Assembly (NCBI RefSeq): GCF_003428155.1
Contig: NZ_QLIR01000006.1
Location: forward strand, 60,539 to 92,538
Direction: 5' to 3'
DNA length: 32,000 nt
DNA from: Fastidiosibacter lacustris
GTDB taxonomy: Bacteria; Pseudomonadota; Gammaproteobacteria; Francisellales; Francisellaceae
The notes beneath the pieces were generated by a model, which was given only the letters and a program-made list of their open reading frames with translations, did no database searches and was not told where the DNA came from. Below are positions 8,925 through 18,800 of this stretch, piece after piece; position 1 is the stretch's first letter; every line of letters starts with the position of its first letter. Position numbers and translations under genes: made by a program.

Positions 8925-10809
8925 CTTTATTGCACATCGAGGTGCTAATCAGATTGCACCTGAAAATACGATGCTTGCATTTAAAAAAGCTTATGATGCG
9001 GGATGTAAATGGATTGAGTTAGATGTACAGCTAAGTGCAGATGACGTTTTATTTATTTTTCATGACAACAATGCCAAAAAATTAACAGGCATAGATGCAG
9101 ATATTACTACTTGGCAGTGGCATAAGATTGAAAGTTTATCGGTGTTAAGCGATACATTTTATGACATACATGTTCAAGGATTAAATCGTATTCCAATGCT
9201 TAAGACATATCTTGATTGGATGGCTGAAATCACTGATTTGCATACTAATATTGAAGTGAAAGTAAGGCAGAGTTTTGATGAAGTTTATGAAGTGCGTTTG
9301 GTTCAAGCATTGTTAAAACTATTAGCAGAATATCCGCAACTACATGATAGGATTTTATTGTCGAGTTTTTCAGAATACGTATTGGGACTGTTAGCAGGTA
9401 GTAAATTAGGAATAGCACGTGAGTTTTTATTAGAAATAGAAGATTGGCAGGTTGCTCATCGTGATGTGTTTGACCGCATCAAACAATTATATGGTCTTTG
9501 GAATTGTGTTGCGCTTGGCATTAATAATGCTGTTTTAACTCTAGAGCGGATAGTGGAGCTTAAAGCAAGCTTTGGCAAGTTATTGACTTACTCAAATAGC
9601 AAACTTACAGATGAGGTTGTTTTACAAATGCTAAAAGAAGGTATAGATGGTATTTTTATTGATGACTTAAACCTAGTAGAAAAAACATACAATATTACAA
9701 AAAATATAGGTTTTTTAGCAACAGGAGATGAAATTACAACTGGCGATGTACTTAATACTAACACTCCTGAGCTTGCCCAAAGGTTATATTCAGAAGGATT
9801 TGAAGTAGGCATACATTTGGCTTGTTTTGATAATAAAGATAAGCTAAAAACTAGTTTGAAATTCTTGCTTAACGAGCATGCTATTGTGATCACAGTAGGT
9901 GGCTTAGGACCAACAGAGGATGATAAGACAGTAGAAGCAATTGCAGAAGTTTTTGAGCAGCAGTTGGTGTTTAATGAAGCATCGTGGCAGCGAATATATG
10001 AACGTGTGGCAAAGCGTTTTGGTAGTGTTCCTGAAAATAATAAAAAACAAGCTTATTTCCCGCAAGGTGCGCAAGTTTTGATCAATGAAGTCGGTACAGC
10101 AGATGGTTGTTATATTCATCAGGGGGATAAGCACCTATTTATGCTGCCAGGACCACCTCATGAATGTTTGCCAATGTTTGAAAAACTAGTATTACCCATT
10201 TTGAGTCAATTACAAAACAAACAAAAGCCAGCACATTTTAATTGGCAGTTGATAGGAGTTTCTGAAGCGCATATTGCATGTCAATTAAAGCCCTTGGCAG
10301 ATAAGTATCAAGTTGAGCTTGGATATAGAGCAGCTTATCCTTACCTTGAAGTTAAGCTACATTTAGCAAGTACAAGTGAAGGTACAATACAATTGGTAAA
10401 CGAAATAGATGCCCTTATTGAACCATTTGTGGTAAGTAGAAACAAACAGTCTGCCAGCAAGTTATTAAAGAGCTATTTACGTTCAGGAGAGGTTGTATTG
10501 ACTATGCAAAAAGACGTCACCAAGGGATACGTCTATAGTCATTTAGCAGAAATGATGCCTGTCTGTGAATCGCAACCTAGGTTATCTATTCAATTACAAA
10601 CGAATGGTATGACAATATTTTGGCAGAAAACGGATGCTCCAGTGGATGATCTGTCACTACTTGTTAAAGTTGAGGATCATGTCGATAAGCGTGAATTTGA
10701 GCAAGAGTTACATGTGCGTTTTAGTAATAAAGGCAAACATAGTCTTAATTTTGTTTATGAATGGATTTGTGCTCAGGTCGTGCGTTTAATTCAAAAGGAG
10801 ATGAAGTGA
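8911..10809 (+). CDS. Fusion protein: N-terminal glycerophosphodiester phosphodiesterase (GDPD) domain plus a C-terminal CinA-N/MoCF-biosynthesis (YfaY-like) domain and an uncharacterised tail
   Basis: aa 5-252 show GDPD hallmarks: [31 protein letters not shown] and GIDGIFIDD. aa 266-435 show CinA-N hallmarks: [31 protein letters not shown] and LPGPP. The frame is open for a continuous 632 aa. It overlaps the rmuC stop by 14 nt and the purE start by 1 nt. Confidence 0.75.
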   Translation: MKINSFIAHRGANQIAPENTMLAFKKAYDAGCKWIELDVQLSADDVLFIFHDNNAKKLTGIDADITTWQWHKIESLSVLSDTFYDIHVQGLNRIPMLKTYLDWMAEITDLHTNIEVKVRQSFDEVYEVRLVQALLKLLAEYPQLHDRILLSSFSEYVLGLLAGSKLGIAREFLLEIEDWQVAHRDVFDRIKQLYGLWNCVALGINNAVLTLERIVELKASFGKLLTYSNSKLTDEVVLQMLKEGIDGIFIDDLNLVEKTYNITKNIGFLATGDEITTGDVLNTNTPELAQRLYSEGFEVGIHLACFDNKDKLKTSLKFLLNEHAIVITVGGLGPTEDDKTVEAIAEVFEQQLVFNEASWQRIYERVAKRFGSVPENNKKQAYFPQGAQVLINEVGTADGCYIHQGDKHLFMLPGPPHECLPMFEKLVLPILSQLQNKQKPAHFNWQLIGVSEAHIACQLKPLADKYQVELGYRAAYPYLEVKLHLASTSEGTIQLVNEIDALIEPFVVSRNKQSASKLLKSYLRSGEVVLTMQKDVTKGYVYSHLAEMMPVCESQPRLSIQLQTNGMTIFWQKTDAPVDDLSLLVKVEDHVDKREFEQELHVRFSNKGKHSLNFVYEWICAQVVRLIQKEMK

Positions 10810-11297
10810 TGGAGAATGCTCTTGTTGGTGTTGTAATGGGTTCCAAGTCTGATTGGGAAACAATGAGAAATGCAACAGAAACGCTGAGAGTTTTAGGTAT
10901 TCCTTATGAAGCGCAAGTAGTGTCTGCTCATAGAACGCCTGATCTTTTATTTGAATATGCTGAATCGGCCGAAGTAAAAGGCTTAAAAGTCATTATTGCC
11001 GGTGCTGGAGGAGCTGCACATCTACCTGGGATGCTTGCCGCTAAAACACATATTCCGGTGTTGGGTGTGCCTGTGCAATCCAAAGCTTTATCAGGTCAAG
11101 ATTCATTGTTGTCAATTGTGCAAATGCCAGCAGGGGTGCCTGTGGCAACTTTTGCAATTGGAAAAGCAGGCGCAATTAATGCCGCACTCTTTGCTTGTAG
11201 TATATTGGCTAATCAGCATGAAAAATACAATAAGGCGATAAAGACCTATCGTAAACAACAGACACAAATGGTGTTGAGTAACACTAATTTGGAGTAA
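10809..11297 (+). CDS. purE: N5-carboxyaminoimidazole ribonucleotide mutase
   Basis: PurE blocks are present: [37 protein letters not shown] and PVLGVPV. I chose the ATG at 10809 (MENALVG...), which overlaps the upstream TGA by 1 nt. The track's 10761 start would run through the preceding gene. Confidence 0.9.
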   Translation: MENALVGVVMGSKSDWETMRNATETLRVLGIPYEAQVVSAHRTPDLLFEYAESAEVKGLKVIIAGAGGAAHLPGMLAAKTHIPVLGVPVQSKALSGQDSLLSIVQMPAGVPVATFAIGKAGAINAALFACSILANQHEKYNKAIKTYRKQQTQMVLSNTNLE

Positions 11298-11417
11298 ATT
11301 TAGCAGTGTTGACAGGTGTGCTTGAGAGTCTGTTCATCTAACTGTGTAAATTTTTCATAATTCTAAATTCTGCCTTCAAGTTTGATTAAAAAATGAGGCA
11401 TAGCTTCACTCCAATTC

Positions 11418-11617
11418 AAATTTATTTCTGTACACGAAGAAAAAATTACAAAATACCGACAAGCATTATTTTTTCTTGATTTGTAGATTTGCAATATATG
11501 AAAAAGCATTTCAATCGGGTATTACAGTTAAGGACTTTAAGTTACGTTTGAAAACTCTACAAGATCCATTCTAAGGTGCTAGTCAAATGAAGAAATCTTC
11601 GTGTACAGAGCAAATTT
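11418..11617. repeat. About 200-bp segment bounded by imperfect 22-23-nt inverted repeats (MITE-like element or long closing stem of a structured RNA)
   Basis: The left arm is AAATTTATTTCTGTACACGAAGA (11418-11440). The right arm is TCTTCGTGTACAGAGCAAATTT (11596-11617). The 13 inner bp are perfectly complementary and 6 outer bp also pair, separated by a 3-4 nt mismatch. Confidence 0.5.
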
Positions 11618-11628
11618 GTGTACAACTG

Positions 11629-11657
11629 TTGATGTTTGAATCAGTTTGCGTTAGAAT
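11629..11657 (+). promoter_or_regulatory. Candidate sigma70 promoter for the rplC-led ribosomal operon
   Basis: TTGATG, a 17-nt spacer, then TAGAAT, about 330 nt upstream of rplC. Confidence 0.45.
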
Positions 11658-11770
11658 GCGCTACCATTTAACTGTGTCAAAGCCTTAAAGGTGTTGTTGT
11701 AATGTGGGTGGCTCCTTATTAATTAGGAGGTTAGTCTTTTATTGGCGCATGTTTTAAGGTAAATTTTGAG

Positions 11771-11822
11771 CTGTTTTATATGGCGTTTGTAATAAATGTC
11801 ATATAAAACAGTTCACTTTTTT
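11771..11822 (+). promoter_or_regulatory. 12-bp hairpin followed by a T6 run inside the rplC leader (possible attenuator)
   Basis: CTGTTTTATATG (11771-11782) pairs perfectly with CATATAAAACAG (11800-11811) around a 17-nt loop. TTCAC then TTTTTT (11817-11822) follows. Confidence 0.4.
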
Positions 11823-11988
11823 GTGAGTTGTGTCTTTGCATTTGCCTAAATTGCAAAGAACTTGCTAAAGCATATTTTTTGTTAAAAGTAATTGCTTTAG
11901 TTGAGCTGCATGAGTTTTGTGCAGATTAAAAGCGTTTCACGGTCAATTGTAATCGTGAAAGTAAATAATAATAAAGTGAGGATAAAAG

Positions 11989-12633
11989 ATGTCTTTAGGT
12001 ATCGTAGGTCGCAAATGCGGCATGACTCGTGTATTCACTGAAGATGGCACATCTATCCCTGTAACAGTTATTCATGTGGAGCCAAATACGGTAACGCAAG
12101 TAAAAACTACTAAAACAGATGGATATAGTTCTATTCAGGTGACAACAGGTGTTAAAAAGCGCTCTCGCGTAACTAAACCAGAAGCGGGTCATTTTGCTAA
12201 GGCAAATGTTGAGCCAGGTCGTGGTTTGTGGGAGTTTTGTCTAGGTGCTGAGCAAGTTATCGAATTTGAAGCTGGTAAAACAATTGACGTTTCAATGTTT
12301 GAGGCTGGTCAAAAAGTAGATGTGACAGGCACATCAAAAGGTAAAGGTTTCCAAGGTGGTGTTAAGCGTCATAATTTCAGAACGCAAGATGCAACTCATG
12401 GTAACTCTCTTTCGCATCGTGTACCTGGTTCAACAGGTCAAAACCAAACACCAGGCCGTGTTTTCAAGAACAAGAAAATGGCTGGTCACTTAGGTAATGT
12501 TAAAACCACTATTCAAACTCTTGAAGTCGTTAAAGTAGATGTTGAAAATGGTTTATTGCTGCTAAAAGGTGGCATCCCAGGCGCAACAGGCGGTGATGTT
12601 ATTGTAACACCTGCTATTAAAGTTAAAGCTTAA
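11989..12633 (+). CDS. rplC: 50S ribosomal protein L3
   Basis: Contains [34 protein letters not shown] and [33 protein letters not shown] is present. Confidence 0.97.
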   Translation: MSLGIVGRKCGMTRVFTEDGTSIPVTVIHVEPNTVTQVKTTKTDGYSSIQVTTGVKKRSRVTKPEAGHFAKANVEPGRGLWEFCLGAEQVIEFEAGKTIDVSMFEAGQKVDVTGTSKGKGFQGGVKRHNFRTQDATHGNSLSHRVPGSTGQNQTPGRVFKNKKMAGHLGNVKTTIQTLEVVKVDVENGLLLLKGGIPGATGGDVIVTPAIKVKA

Positions 12634-12647
12634 GAGGGAGAAGTTAC

Positions 12648-13271
12648 GTGGATTTAAATATTAAAACATTAGCGGGCGACAATCATTCGGTATTGAATGT
12701 TGCAGATAGCGTGTTCTCTAGAGACTATAACGAAGCGCTCATTCATCAAGTTGTTGTTGCTTATATGGCAGGTAGTCGTCAAGGTACAAAAGCGCAAAAA
12801 ACACGTGCCGAGGTTTCAGGTGGTGGCTCTAAGCCTTGGAGACAAAAAGGTACAGGGCGTGCTCGTGCGGGGACAATTCGTTCACCTTTATGGCGTAAGG
12901 GCGGTGTGATATTCGCTGCTAAACCAAGAAATTATGAGCAAAAAGTCAACCGTAAGATGTATCGAGCTGCCATTCAATCTATTTTATCTGAGCTGTTAAG
13001 AGCGGAGCGTTTGTTAGTGATTGAAGGCTTTAAAGTTGAGACGCCAAAAACAAAAGAATTTGTTCAAGCTTTAAAACAATTAGATATAAAAGAAGCATTA
13101 ATCGTTGTAAGTCCTGAAGAGTTTACCGAAGAGCTTTATCTAGCTTCAAGAAACATTAAAAACGTAGCCGTTGTTGATTCACAAGAAATCAATCCAGTTG
13201 CTTTAATGTGTTTTGATAAAGTAATTATGACTCAAGAAGCAGTTAAGCAAGTTGAGGAGCGTTTAGTATGA
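12648..13271 (+). CDS. rplD: 50S ribosomal protein L4
   Basis: GTG start after a GAGGGAG SD. The L4 block [30 protein letters not shown] is present. Confidence 0.95.
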   Translation: MDLNIKTLAGDNHSVLNVADSVFSRDYNEALIHQVVVAYMAGSRQGTKAQKTRAEVSGGGSKPWRQKGTGRARAGTIRSPLWRKGGVIFAAKPRNYEQKVNRKMYRAAIQSILSELLRAERLLVIEGFKVETPKTKEFVQALKQLDIKEALIVVSPEEFTEELYLASRNIKNVAVVDSQEINPVALMCFDKVIMTQEAVKQVEERLV

Positions 13272-13564
13272 ATCAAGAAAGATTGCTTAAAGTGTTGCTA
13301 AGTCCGCATGTGACTAATAAGGCATATGAGGTAGCTGAGCGCTCTTCTTATGTTGTATTTAAAGTCGCAACTAATGCAACTAAAATAGAAATTAAAAAAG
13401 CGGTTGAAATGCTTTTTGAAGTAAAAGTTGAAGATGTGAAAACTGTCAACGTGAAAGGTAAAGCGCGCCGTTTTGGTCGTATTGAAGGTAGAACTAAGGA
13501 CTGGAAGAAAGCTTATATTAGACTTGCTGAAGGTCATGACATCAATTTTATTGGTGCTGAATAA
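13268..13564 (+). CDS. rplW: 50S ribosomal protein L23
   Basis: 98 aa containing [14 protein letters not shown] and the [10 protein letters not shown] motif. A 4-nt ATGA overlap joins it to rplD. Confidence 0.95.
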   Translation: MNQERLLKVLLSPHVTNKAYEVAERSSYVVFKVATNATKIEIKKAVEMLFEVKVEDVKTVNVKGKARRFGRIEGRTKDWKKAYIRLAEGHDINFIGAE

Positions 13565-13585
13565 GTTAGAGGTGAGGATAAATAA

Positions 13586-14407
13586 ATGAAAGTAGTTAAA
13601 GCAAAACCAACCTCTCCTGGTCGTCGCTTTGTTATTCAGGTTAAAAACCCTGACTTATACAAAGGTAAACCTTTTGCTGGATTAGTTGAGAAAAAATCTA
13701 AAAACTCAGGTCGTAATAACCAGGGTCGTATTACAGTTCGTCACCAAGGTGGTGGTCACAAGCAAAATTACCGCGTTATTGACTTTAAACGGGTCAAAGA
13801 TGATATTCCTGCTAAAGTTGAGCGTATCGAATATGATCCTAACCGTACAGCATACATTGCCTTGGTGTTGTATAAAGACGGAGAAAGAAGATACATGATT
13901 GCACCAAAGGGTTTGGTTGAAGGTATGGAGGTAATATCTGGTGAGCATGTCTCGATCAAACCAGGTAACTGTATGCCAATTCGTAACATTCCTTTGGGTG
14001 CGGTTGTTCACAACGTTGAGTTGAAGCCAGGTAAAGGTGCTCAATTAGCACGTTCAGCGGGAGCTTCAATGCAAATCGTTGGTAAAGACAATGCTTATGC
14101 GATCGTGCGCTTGCGTTCAGGTGAGATGCGCAAAGTGTTGTTAAGTTGTCGTGCAGTAATTGGTACAGTGTCTAATTCTGAGCACAACTTAAGATCAATC
14201 GGTAAAGCTGGAGCAAATCGTTGGCGTGGTATTCGCCCGACCGTACGTGGTGTTGCAATGAACCCTGTTGATCACCCACATGGTGGTGGTGAGGGTCGTA
14301 CATCTGCTGGGCGTCATCCTGTGACGCCGTGGGGTGTGAAGACTAAGGGTAAAAAGACACGTACAAACAAGCGCTCCAATAAGCTGATTGTACAAAGACG
14401 TAAATAA
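13586..14407 (+). CDS. rplB: 50S ribosomal protein L2
   Basis: Contains [27 protein letters not shown] and [14 protein letters not shown]. Confidence 0.97.
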   Translation: MKVVKAKPTSPGRRFVIQVKNPDLYKGKPFAGLVEKKSKNSGRNNQGRITVRHQGGGHKQNYRVIDFKRVKDDIPAKVERIEYDPNRTAYIALVLYKDGERRYMIAPKGLVEGMEVISGEHVSIKPGNCMPIRNIPLGAVVHNVELKPGKGAQLARSAGASMQIVGKDNAYAIVRLRSGEMRKVLLSCRAVIGTVSNSEHNLRSIGKAGANRWRGIRPTVRGVAMNPVDHPHGGGEGRTSAGRHPVTPWGVKTKGKKTRTNKRSNKLIVQRRK

Positions 14408-14423
14408 TTAAAGGGAGAATATT

Positions 14424-14702
14424 GTGGCTCGTTCATTAAAGAAAGGACCTTTTGTTGATCATCACTTATTAAAGAAAGTGTTTGATGCGCAAGAGGCTAA
14501 TTCAAAAAAGCCAATTAAAACTTGGTCGAGAAGATCCATGATTGTGCCGGATATGATTGGTTTAACAATTGCTGTGCATAATGGGCATCAACATGTGCCA
14601 GTGCTTGTCACTGAAAACATGATTGGACACAAGTTAGGCGAATTTGCTGTGACTCGTAATTACCGAGGTCACGCAGCAGATAAAAAAGCTAAGAAAAAAT
14701 AA
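14424..14702 (+). CDS. rpsS: 30S ribosomal protein S19
   Basis: GTG start. Contains [17 protein letters not shown] and the [10 protein letters not shown] motif. Confidence 0.95.
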   Translation: MARSLKKGPFVDHHLLKKVFDAQEANSKKPIKTWSRRSMIVPDMIGLTIAVHNGHQHVPVLVTENMIGHKLGEFAVTRNYRGHAADKKAKKK

Positions 14703-14714
14703 TTGAGGTTTTCA

Positions 14715-15050
14715 ATGGAAGTTCAAGCTAAATTAAAACATGCGCGAATTTCAGCTCAAAAAGCGCGTTTGGTTGCTGATCAAATTCGCGGTTTGCCAGT
14801 TGAAAAAGCGTTAAATCTTCTTTCTTTTAGCAATAAAAAAGCTGCTAGTCTGATCAAAGGTGTCTTAACGTCTGCTATCGCTAACGCTGAGCATAATGAT
14901 GGGTTGGATATTGACGAATTGTATGTTTCTACAGTTCATGTCGATGAAGGTCCAACTATGAAACGTTTTGAAGCTCGCGCTAAAGGTCGTGGTAATCGTA
15001 TTTTAAAACGCACTTCTCACGTAACCGTGAAAGTAGCAGAAAAAAATTAA
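14715..15050 (+). CDS. rplV: 50S ribosomal protein L22
   Basis: Begins [27 protein letters not shown] preferred the ATG at 14715, which has a GAGG SD, over the track's TTG at 14703. Confidence 0.93.
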   Translation: MEVQAKLKHARISAQKARLVADQIRGLPVEKALNLLSFSNKKAASLIKGVLTSAIANAEHNDGLDIDELYVSTVHVDEGPTMKRFEARAKGRGNRILKRTSHVTVKVAEKN

Positions 15051-15060
15051 GGGGCACTAA

Positions 15061-15756
15061 ATGGGTCAGAAGGTACATCCTACCGGTATACGCTTAGGTT
15101 TTATCAAAGACTGGCGTTCAGTATGGTATGCAGGTTCCAAGGACTATGCAGATAAGTTAAACACGGATATCGAAGTGCGTACTTATCTTCATAAGAAATT
15201 GGAAAATGCTTCCGTTAGTCGTATTAAGATCGAAAGACCAGCGCAAAATGCTAAGGTCACTATTTTCACTGCGCGTCCTGGTATCGTGATTGGTAAAAAA
15301 GGTGAAGATGTAGAAATATTGCGTAATGAATTAACTAAAAAAATGGGTATTCCCGTTCAAATCAATATTGAAGAAGTTCGTAAGCCTGAACTAGATGCGC
15401 AGTTAGTTGCAGATGGCATTTCACAACAGCTTGAGAAGCGTGTAATGTTTCGTCGTGCGATGAAGCGTGCGATTCAAACAGCGATGAAAATGGGTGCTGA
15501 GGGGATTAAGGTATCGATTGCTGGTCGCTTGGGTGGTGCTGAGATTGCGCGCACTGAGTGGGCAAAAGAAGGTCGTATTCCACTTCATACTTTCCGTGCT
15601 GATATTGATTATGCAACATCTGAGGCTTTAACAACTTATGGTATTCTAGGTGTTAAAGTGTGGATATTCAAAGGCGAAATTCTTCCTGGTCAAGAGCGTA
15701 AGCCTGAAGCAGAAGATAAAGCGCCTAAAAAAGCAAAAAGAAGAGGGGCTAAATAA
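15061..15756 (+). CDS. rpsC: 30S ribosomal protein S3
   Basis: Contains [25 protein letters not shown] and [13 protein letters not shown]. Confidence 0.97.
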   Translation: MGQKVHPTGIRLGFIKDWRSVWYAGSKDYADKLNTDIEVRTYLHKKLENASVSRIKIERPAQNAKVTIFTARPGIVIGKKGEDVEILRNELTKKMGIPVQINIEEVRKPELDAQLVADGISQQLEKRVMFRRAMKRAIQTAMKMGAEGIKVSIAGRLGGAEIARTEWAKEGRIPLHTFRADIDYATSEALTTYGILGVKVWIFKGEILPGQERKPEAEDKAPKKAKRRGAK

Positions 15757-16169
15757 TGTTACAGCCTAAGCGTACTAAATTCCGTAAACAGCAAAAGTTA
15801 CGTAATCGTGGTCTTGCTCTGCGTGGTAATAAAGTAAGTTTTGGTGATTTCGGTTTACAAGCGATTGGTCGTGGTCGCTTAACTGCTCGCCAAATTGAAG
15901 CCGGTCGTCGTGCAATTAATCGCCACGTACGCCGTGGTGGTAAGGTTTGGATCCGTGTATTCCCAGATAAACCAATTACTGAAAAACCATTAGAAGTTCG
16001 TATGGGTAAAGGTAAAGGTAACGTTGAGTACTGGGTGGCCCAAATTCAGCCAGGAAAAATGCTTTATGAAATCCAAGGTGTGAGTGAAGAAATCGCAAGA
16101 GCTGCGTTTGCGCGTGCTGCTGCTAAACTTCCAATTGCAACCACATTCACAGAAAAGACGGTGATGTAA
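15756..16169 (+). CDS. rplP: 50S ribosomal protein L16
   Basis: Contains [11 protein letters not shown] and [15 protein letters not shown] 1-nt TAATG overlap joins it to rpsC. Confidence 0.97.
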   Translation: MLQPKRTKFRKQQKLRNRGLALRGNKVSFGDFGLQAIGRGRLTARQIEAGRRAINRHVRRGGKVWIRVFPDKPITEKPLEVRMGKGKGNVEYWVAQIQPGKMLYEIQGVSEEIARAAFARAAAKLPIATTFTEKTVM

Positions 16170-16378
16170 TGAAGGCAAGTGAAAAAATTAAAGAATTGAA
16201 AGCAAAGTCTGCTCAAGAGCTAAAAGCGCAAAAAATTGATTTGTTAAAAGAACAGTTTAATTTGCGTATGCAAAAGGGCGCTGGGCAGTTAACGAAAAAT
16301 CATATATTCAAAAACATTCGTCGTGATATTGCTCGTATTAATACAATTTTGTCTGAAAAACAAAAAGTAGGTGCTTAG
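16169..16378 (+). CDS. rpmC: 50S ribosomal protein L29
   Basis: 69 aa containing [10 protein letters not shown]. Both position and size fit L29. A 1-nt overlap joins it to rplP. Confidence 0.9.
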   Translation: MKASEKIKELKAKSAQELKAQKIDLLKEQFNLRMQKGAGQLTKNHIFKNIRRDIARINTILSEKQKVGA

Positions 16379-16380
16379 AA

Positions 16381-16632
16381 ATGAGTGATAAAATTAGAAC
16401 GTTACTTGGAAGAGTAACCAGCGACAAAATGGACAAAACTATCACGGTTGTAGTTGATCGTAAAGTTAAGCATCCATTATATGGTAAGTTTGTCACTAAG
16501 ACGACTAAGTATCATGCGCATGATGAAGGTAATGAGTGTAAAGAAGGCGATACAGTAGAAATTACTGAAACAAGACCTTACTCAAAGACTAAAAAGTGGC
16601 GTTTGGTTTCAATCGTAGAGCGTGCAAAATAA
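16381..16632 (+). CDS. rpsQ: 30S ribosomal protein S17
   Basis: Contains [11 protein letters not shown]...R.VKHP.YGK and YHAHDE.N. Confidence 0.95.
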   Translation: MSDKIRTLLGRVTSDKMDKTITVVVDRKVKHPLYGKFVTKTTKYHAHDEGNECKEGDTVEITETRPYSKTKKWRLVSIVERAK

Positions 16633-16633
16633 G

Positions 16634-16664
16634 GAAATTTGCATTTTATGTGCAGATTTCTTTC
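16634..16664 (+). terminator. Hairpin after rpsQ (end of S10-type operon; terminator or attenuator)
   Basis: GAAATTTGCA (16634-16643) pairs with TGCAGATTTC (16651-16660), with one G-U pair. TTT follows. Confidence 0.45.
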
Positions 16665-16715
16665 GTTGTGAAAAGCGCGAAATGTGTGTTAAAGCAAAGT
16701 TAGAAACTGCTTAAA

Positions 16716-16743
16716 TTGCATTTTTGATTTTTGTTGTTATAAT
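16716..16743 (+). promoter_or_regulatory. Candidate sigma70 promoter of the spc-type operon
   Basis: TTGCAT, a 16-nt spacer, then TATAAT, about 50 nt upstream of the rplN ATG. Confidence 0.55.
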
Positions 16744-16795
16744 AGTGCGTCTTTTTGACGCCACTACTTAGAAATTGACGTAAGTGAGGTATAAA

Positions 16796-17164
16796 ATGAT
16801 TCAGATGCAAACTGAACTTCAAGTTGCTGATAATAGTGGCGCTCGTCGGGTAGAATGTATCAAAGTGTTGGGTGGCTCCCATCGTAGATACGCAAGTATA
16901 GGTGATGTGATTAAAGTTTCTGTTAAAGAAGCTAACCCACGCGGTAAGGTGAAAAAGGGTAGTGTTTACAGTGCAGTAGTGGTTAGAACAGCTAAAGGTG
17001 TTCGTCGCCGTGATGGATCTGTTTTGCGCTTTGATGGTAATGCAGTTGTTCTTTTGAATAACCAAAACCAACCGATTGGCACACGTATATTTGGTCCTGT
17101 GACACGCGAGCTACGTAGTGAAAAGTTTATGAAAATTGTTTCACTTGCCCCAGAAGTGTTATAA
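16796..17164 (+). CDS. rplN: 50S ribosomal protein L14
   Basis: Begins with the canonical [18 protein letters not shown] used the ATG at 16796, which has a GAGG SD, rather than the track's 16784. Confidence 0.96.
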   Translation: MIQMQTELQVADNSGARRVECIKVLGGSHRRYASIGDVIKVSVKEANPRGKVKKGSVYSAVVVRTAKGVRRRDGSVLRFDGNAVVLLNNQNQPIGTRIFGPVTRELRSEKFMKIVSLAPEVL

Positions 17165-17181
17165 GTTGGAGTATAACAGTA

Positions 17182-17505
17182 ATGAATAGACTGAAGAAAG
17201 GCGATGATGTAATCATTATTGCTGGTAAAGACAAAGGTCGTAGAGGAACGATAGTTACTGTGCTTTCTGATGAAGATCGCGTAGTAGTGGAAGGTGTGAA
17301 TCTAGTAAAACGTCATGTGAAGCCTAATCCAAATAGAGGGGTTGAGGGTGGCATCGTTGAGAAAGAAGCATCTATCCACGCATCTAATGTTGCTTTATAT
17401 AACCCTGCTACAAAGAAAGCTGACCGTGTTGGTATTAAATTTGTGGAAGATGGTAAGAAAAAGGTTCGCTATTTCAAGTCAAATGGCGAATTAGTAGATC
17501 TATAG
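17182..17505 (+). CDS. rplX: 50S ribosomal protein L24
   Basis: Contains the KOW motif [18 protein letters not shown]. Size and position also fit. Confidence 0.94.
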   Translation: MNRLKKGDDVIIIAGKDKGRRGTIVTVLSDEDRVVVEGVNLVKRHVKPNPNRGVEGGIVEKEASIHASNVALYNPATKKADRVGIKFVEDGKKKVRYFKSNGELVDL

Positions 17506-17515
17506 GTAGTAAAAT

Positions 17516-18055
17516 ATGGCAAGGCTAAAAGCTTTCTATCAAGAAAAAGTAGTTGCACAGCTTAAGAATGAGCTTGGTATTGCTAATGTGATGGAGATTC
17601 CACGCATTACCAAAATCACGCTAAATATGGGTGTTGGTGAAGCTGCAAAAGATAAAAAAGCGATCGAGAATGCAGTTAAGGATCTAGAAGCAATCGCAGG
17701 TCAAAAAGCAGTGATTACTAAAACTAGAAAATCGATTGCAGGCTTTAAGATTCGTGATGGTTGGCCAATTGGTTGCAAAGTGACTTTACGTGGTAACCGT
17801 ATGTATGAATTTTTAGATCGTTTGATTACAATTGCAATCCCTCGTATCCGTGACTTTCGTGGTTTGAATCCTAAATCGTTTGATGGTCGTGGTAACTATA
17901 GCATGGGTATGCGTGAGCAAATTGCTTTTCCTGAAATCGAATATGATAAAGTTGATAGTATTCGTGGTTTAGATATCACTATTACAACAACTGCAAAAAA
18001 TGACGAGCAAGGCAAAGCATTGTTAAACGCATTTAACTTCCCATTGAAATCTTAA
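17516..18055 (+). CDS. rplE: 50S ribosomal protein L5
   Basis: Contains [35 protein letters not shown] and RDFRG. Confidence 0.97.
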   Translation: MARLKAFYQEKVVAQLKNELGIANVMEIPRITKITLNMGVGEAAKDKKAIENAVKDLEAIAGQKAVITKTRKSIAGFKIRDGWPIGCKVTLRGNRMYEFLDRLITIAIPRIRDFRGLNPKSFDGRGNYSMGMREQIAFPEIEYDKVDSIRGLDITITTTAKNDEQGKALLNAFNFPLKS

Positions 18056-18069
18056 GGAGTTACTAGACA

Positions 18070-18375
18070 ATGGCAAAACTTGGAATGATCCAAAGAGAAT
18101 TGAAAAGACAGAGGTTGGTTGAAAAGTATGCTCAAAAAAGAGTTGAGCTTAAAGCAATTATTTTAAGCTCAACTGCCTCTGATGATCAAAAATGGGATGC
18201 ACAAATTAAATTGCAAAAACTTCCAGTTAACTCATCGCCTTCACGCCTTCAGACACGTTGTCGTATTACAGGCAGAGCACATGCTGTATACAAGAAATTT
18301 GGGCTATGTCGTAATAAATTGCGTGAACACGCAATGGTTGGTGATGTTCCTGGCTTGAAAAAAGCTAGTTGGTAA
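18070..18375 (+). CDS. rpsN: 30S ribosomal protein S14 (long form)
   Basis: 101 aa containing [24 protein letters not shown] and ending in W. Confidence 0.95.
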   Translation: MAKLGMIQRELKRQRLVEKYAQKRVELKAIILSSTASDDQKWDAQIKLQKLPVNSSPSRLQTRCRITGRAHAVYKKFGLCRNKLREHAMVGDVPGLKKASW

Positions 18376-18392
18376 TAGAAGGATTAATTTTT

Positions 18393-18785
18393 ATGAGTAT
18401 GCAAGATCCTATTGCAGATATGTTAACAAGAATTAGAAATGGTTTGTCTGCACATAAGACAACGGTTTCTATGCCTTTGTCTAATAAGAAGAAGGCTATT
18501 GCTGATCTTCTTGTAAGTGAAGGTTATATCGAAAATGTTAATGTGTCAGAAGAGAATAATGGCACACTAAATATTGAACTTAAGTATCATCAAGGTCAAC
18601 CTGTGATTGAAATGCTAAAACGTATAAGTCGCCCTGGCCTTCGTATATACAAAACGGCTGCTGAACTTCCAAAAATATATGGTGGTTTCGGTGTGGCAGT
18701 GATTTCTACTTCTCGTGGCTTAATGAGCGATAGACAAGCACGCGCTCAAGGTGTTGGCGGTGAAGTGATTTGCTACGTAGCATAA
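18393..18785 (+). CDS. rpsH: 30S ribosomal protein S8
   Basis: Begins with the canonical [18 protein letters not shown] used the ATG at 18393 instead of the track's upstream start. Confidence 0.96.
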   Translation: MSMQDPIADMLTRIRNGLSAHKTTVSMPLSNKKKAIADLLVSEGYIENVNVSEENNGTLNIELKYHQGQPVIEMLKRISRPGLRIYKTAAELPKIYGGFGVAVISTSRGLMSDRQARAQGVGGEVICYVA

Positions 18786-18800
18786 AGCAGGAGATATTCG

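Noticed and set aside
4782-11241. Shadow ORFs inside yqhD, glyQ, rmuC, the GDPD-CinA gene and purE (4782..5003, 5000..5200, 5370..5600, 6411..6782, 7727..7948, 9588..9893, 9904..10134, 10996..11241)
   Set aside because: They are antisense or alternative frames of confidently identified genes, and none has a recognisable motif.
12697-14395. Several 65-112-aa ORFs antisense to or out of frame within rplD/rplW/rplB (12697..12909, 13298..13537, 13686..13898, 13706..14044, 13768..13989, 14195..14395). Similar ones lie inside other ribosomal genes: 11995..12192, 15990..16178, 16700..17071, 18773..19114, 20474..20665, 20589..20783, 22503..22718, 22734..22940, 23316..23507, 24746..24928 and 24886..25092.
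   Set aside because: All lie entirely within highly conserved ribosomal-protein, rpoA or rplQ coding sequences. They have odd composition and no SD. They are shadow ORFs.
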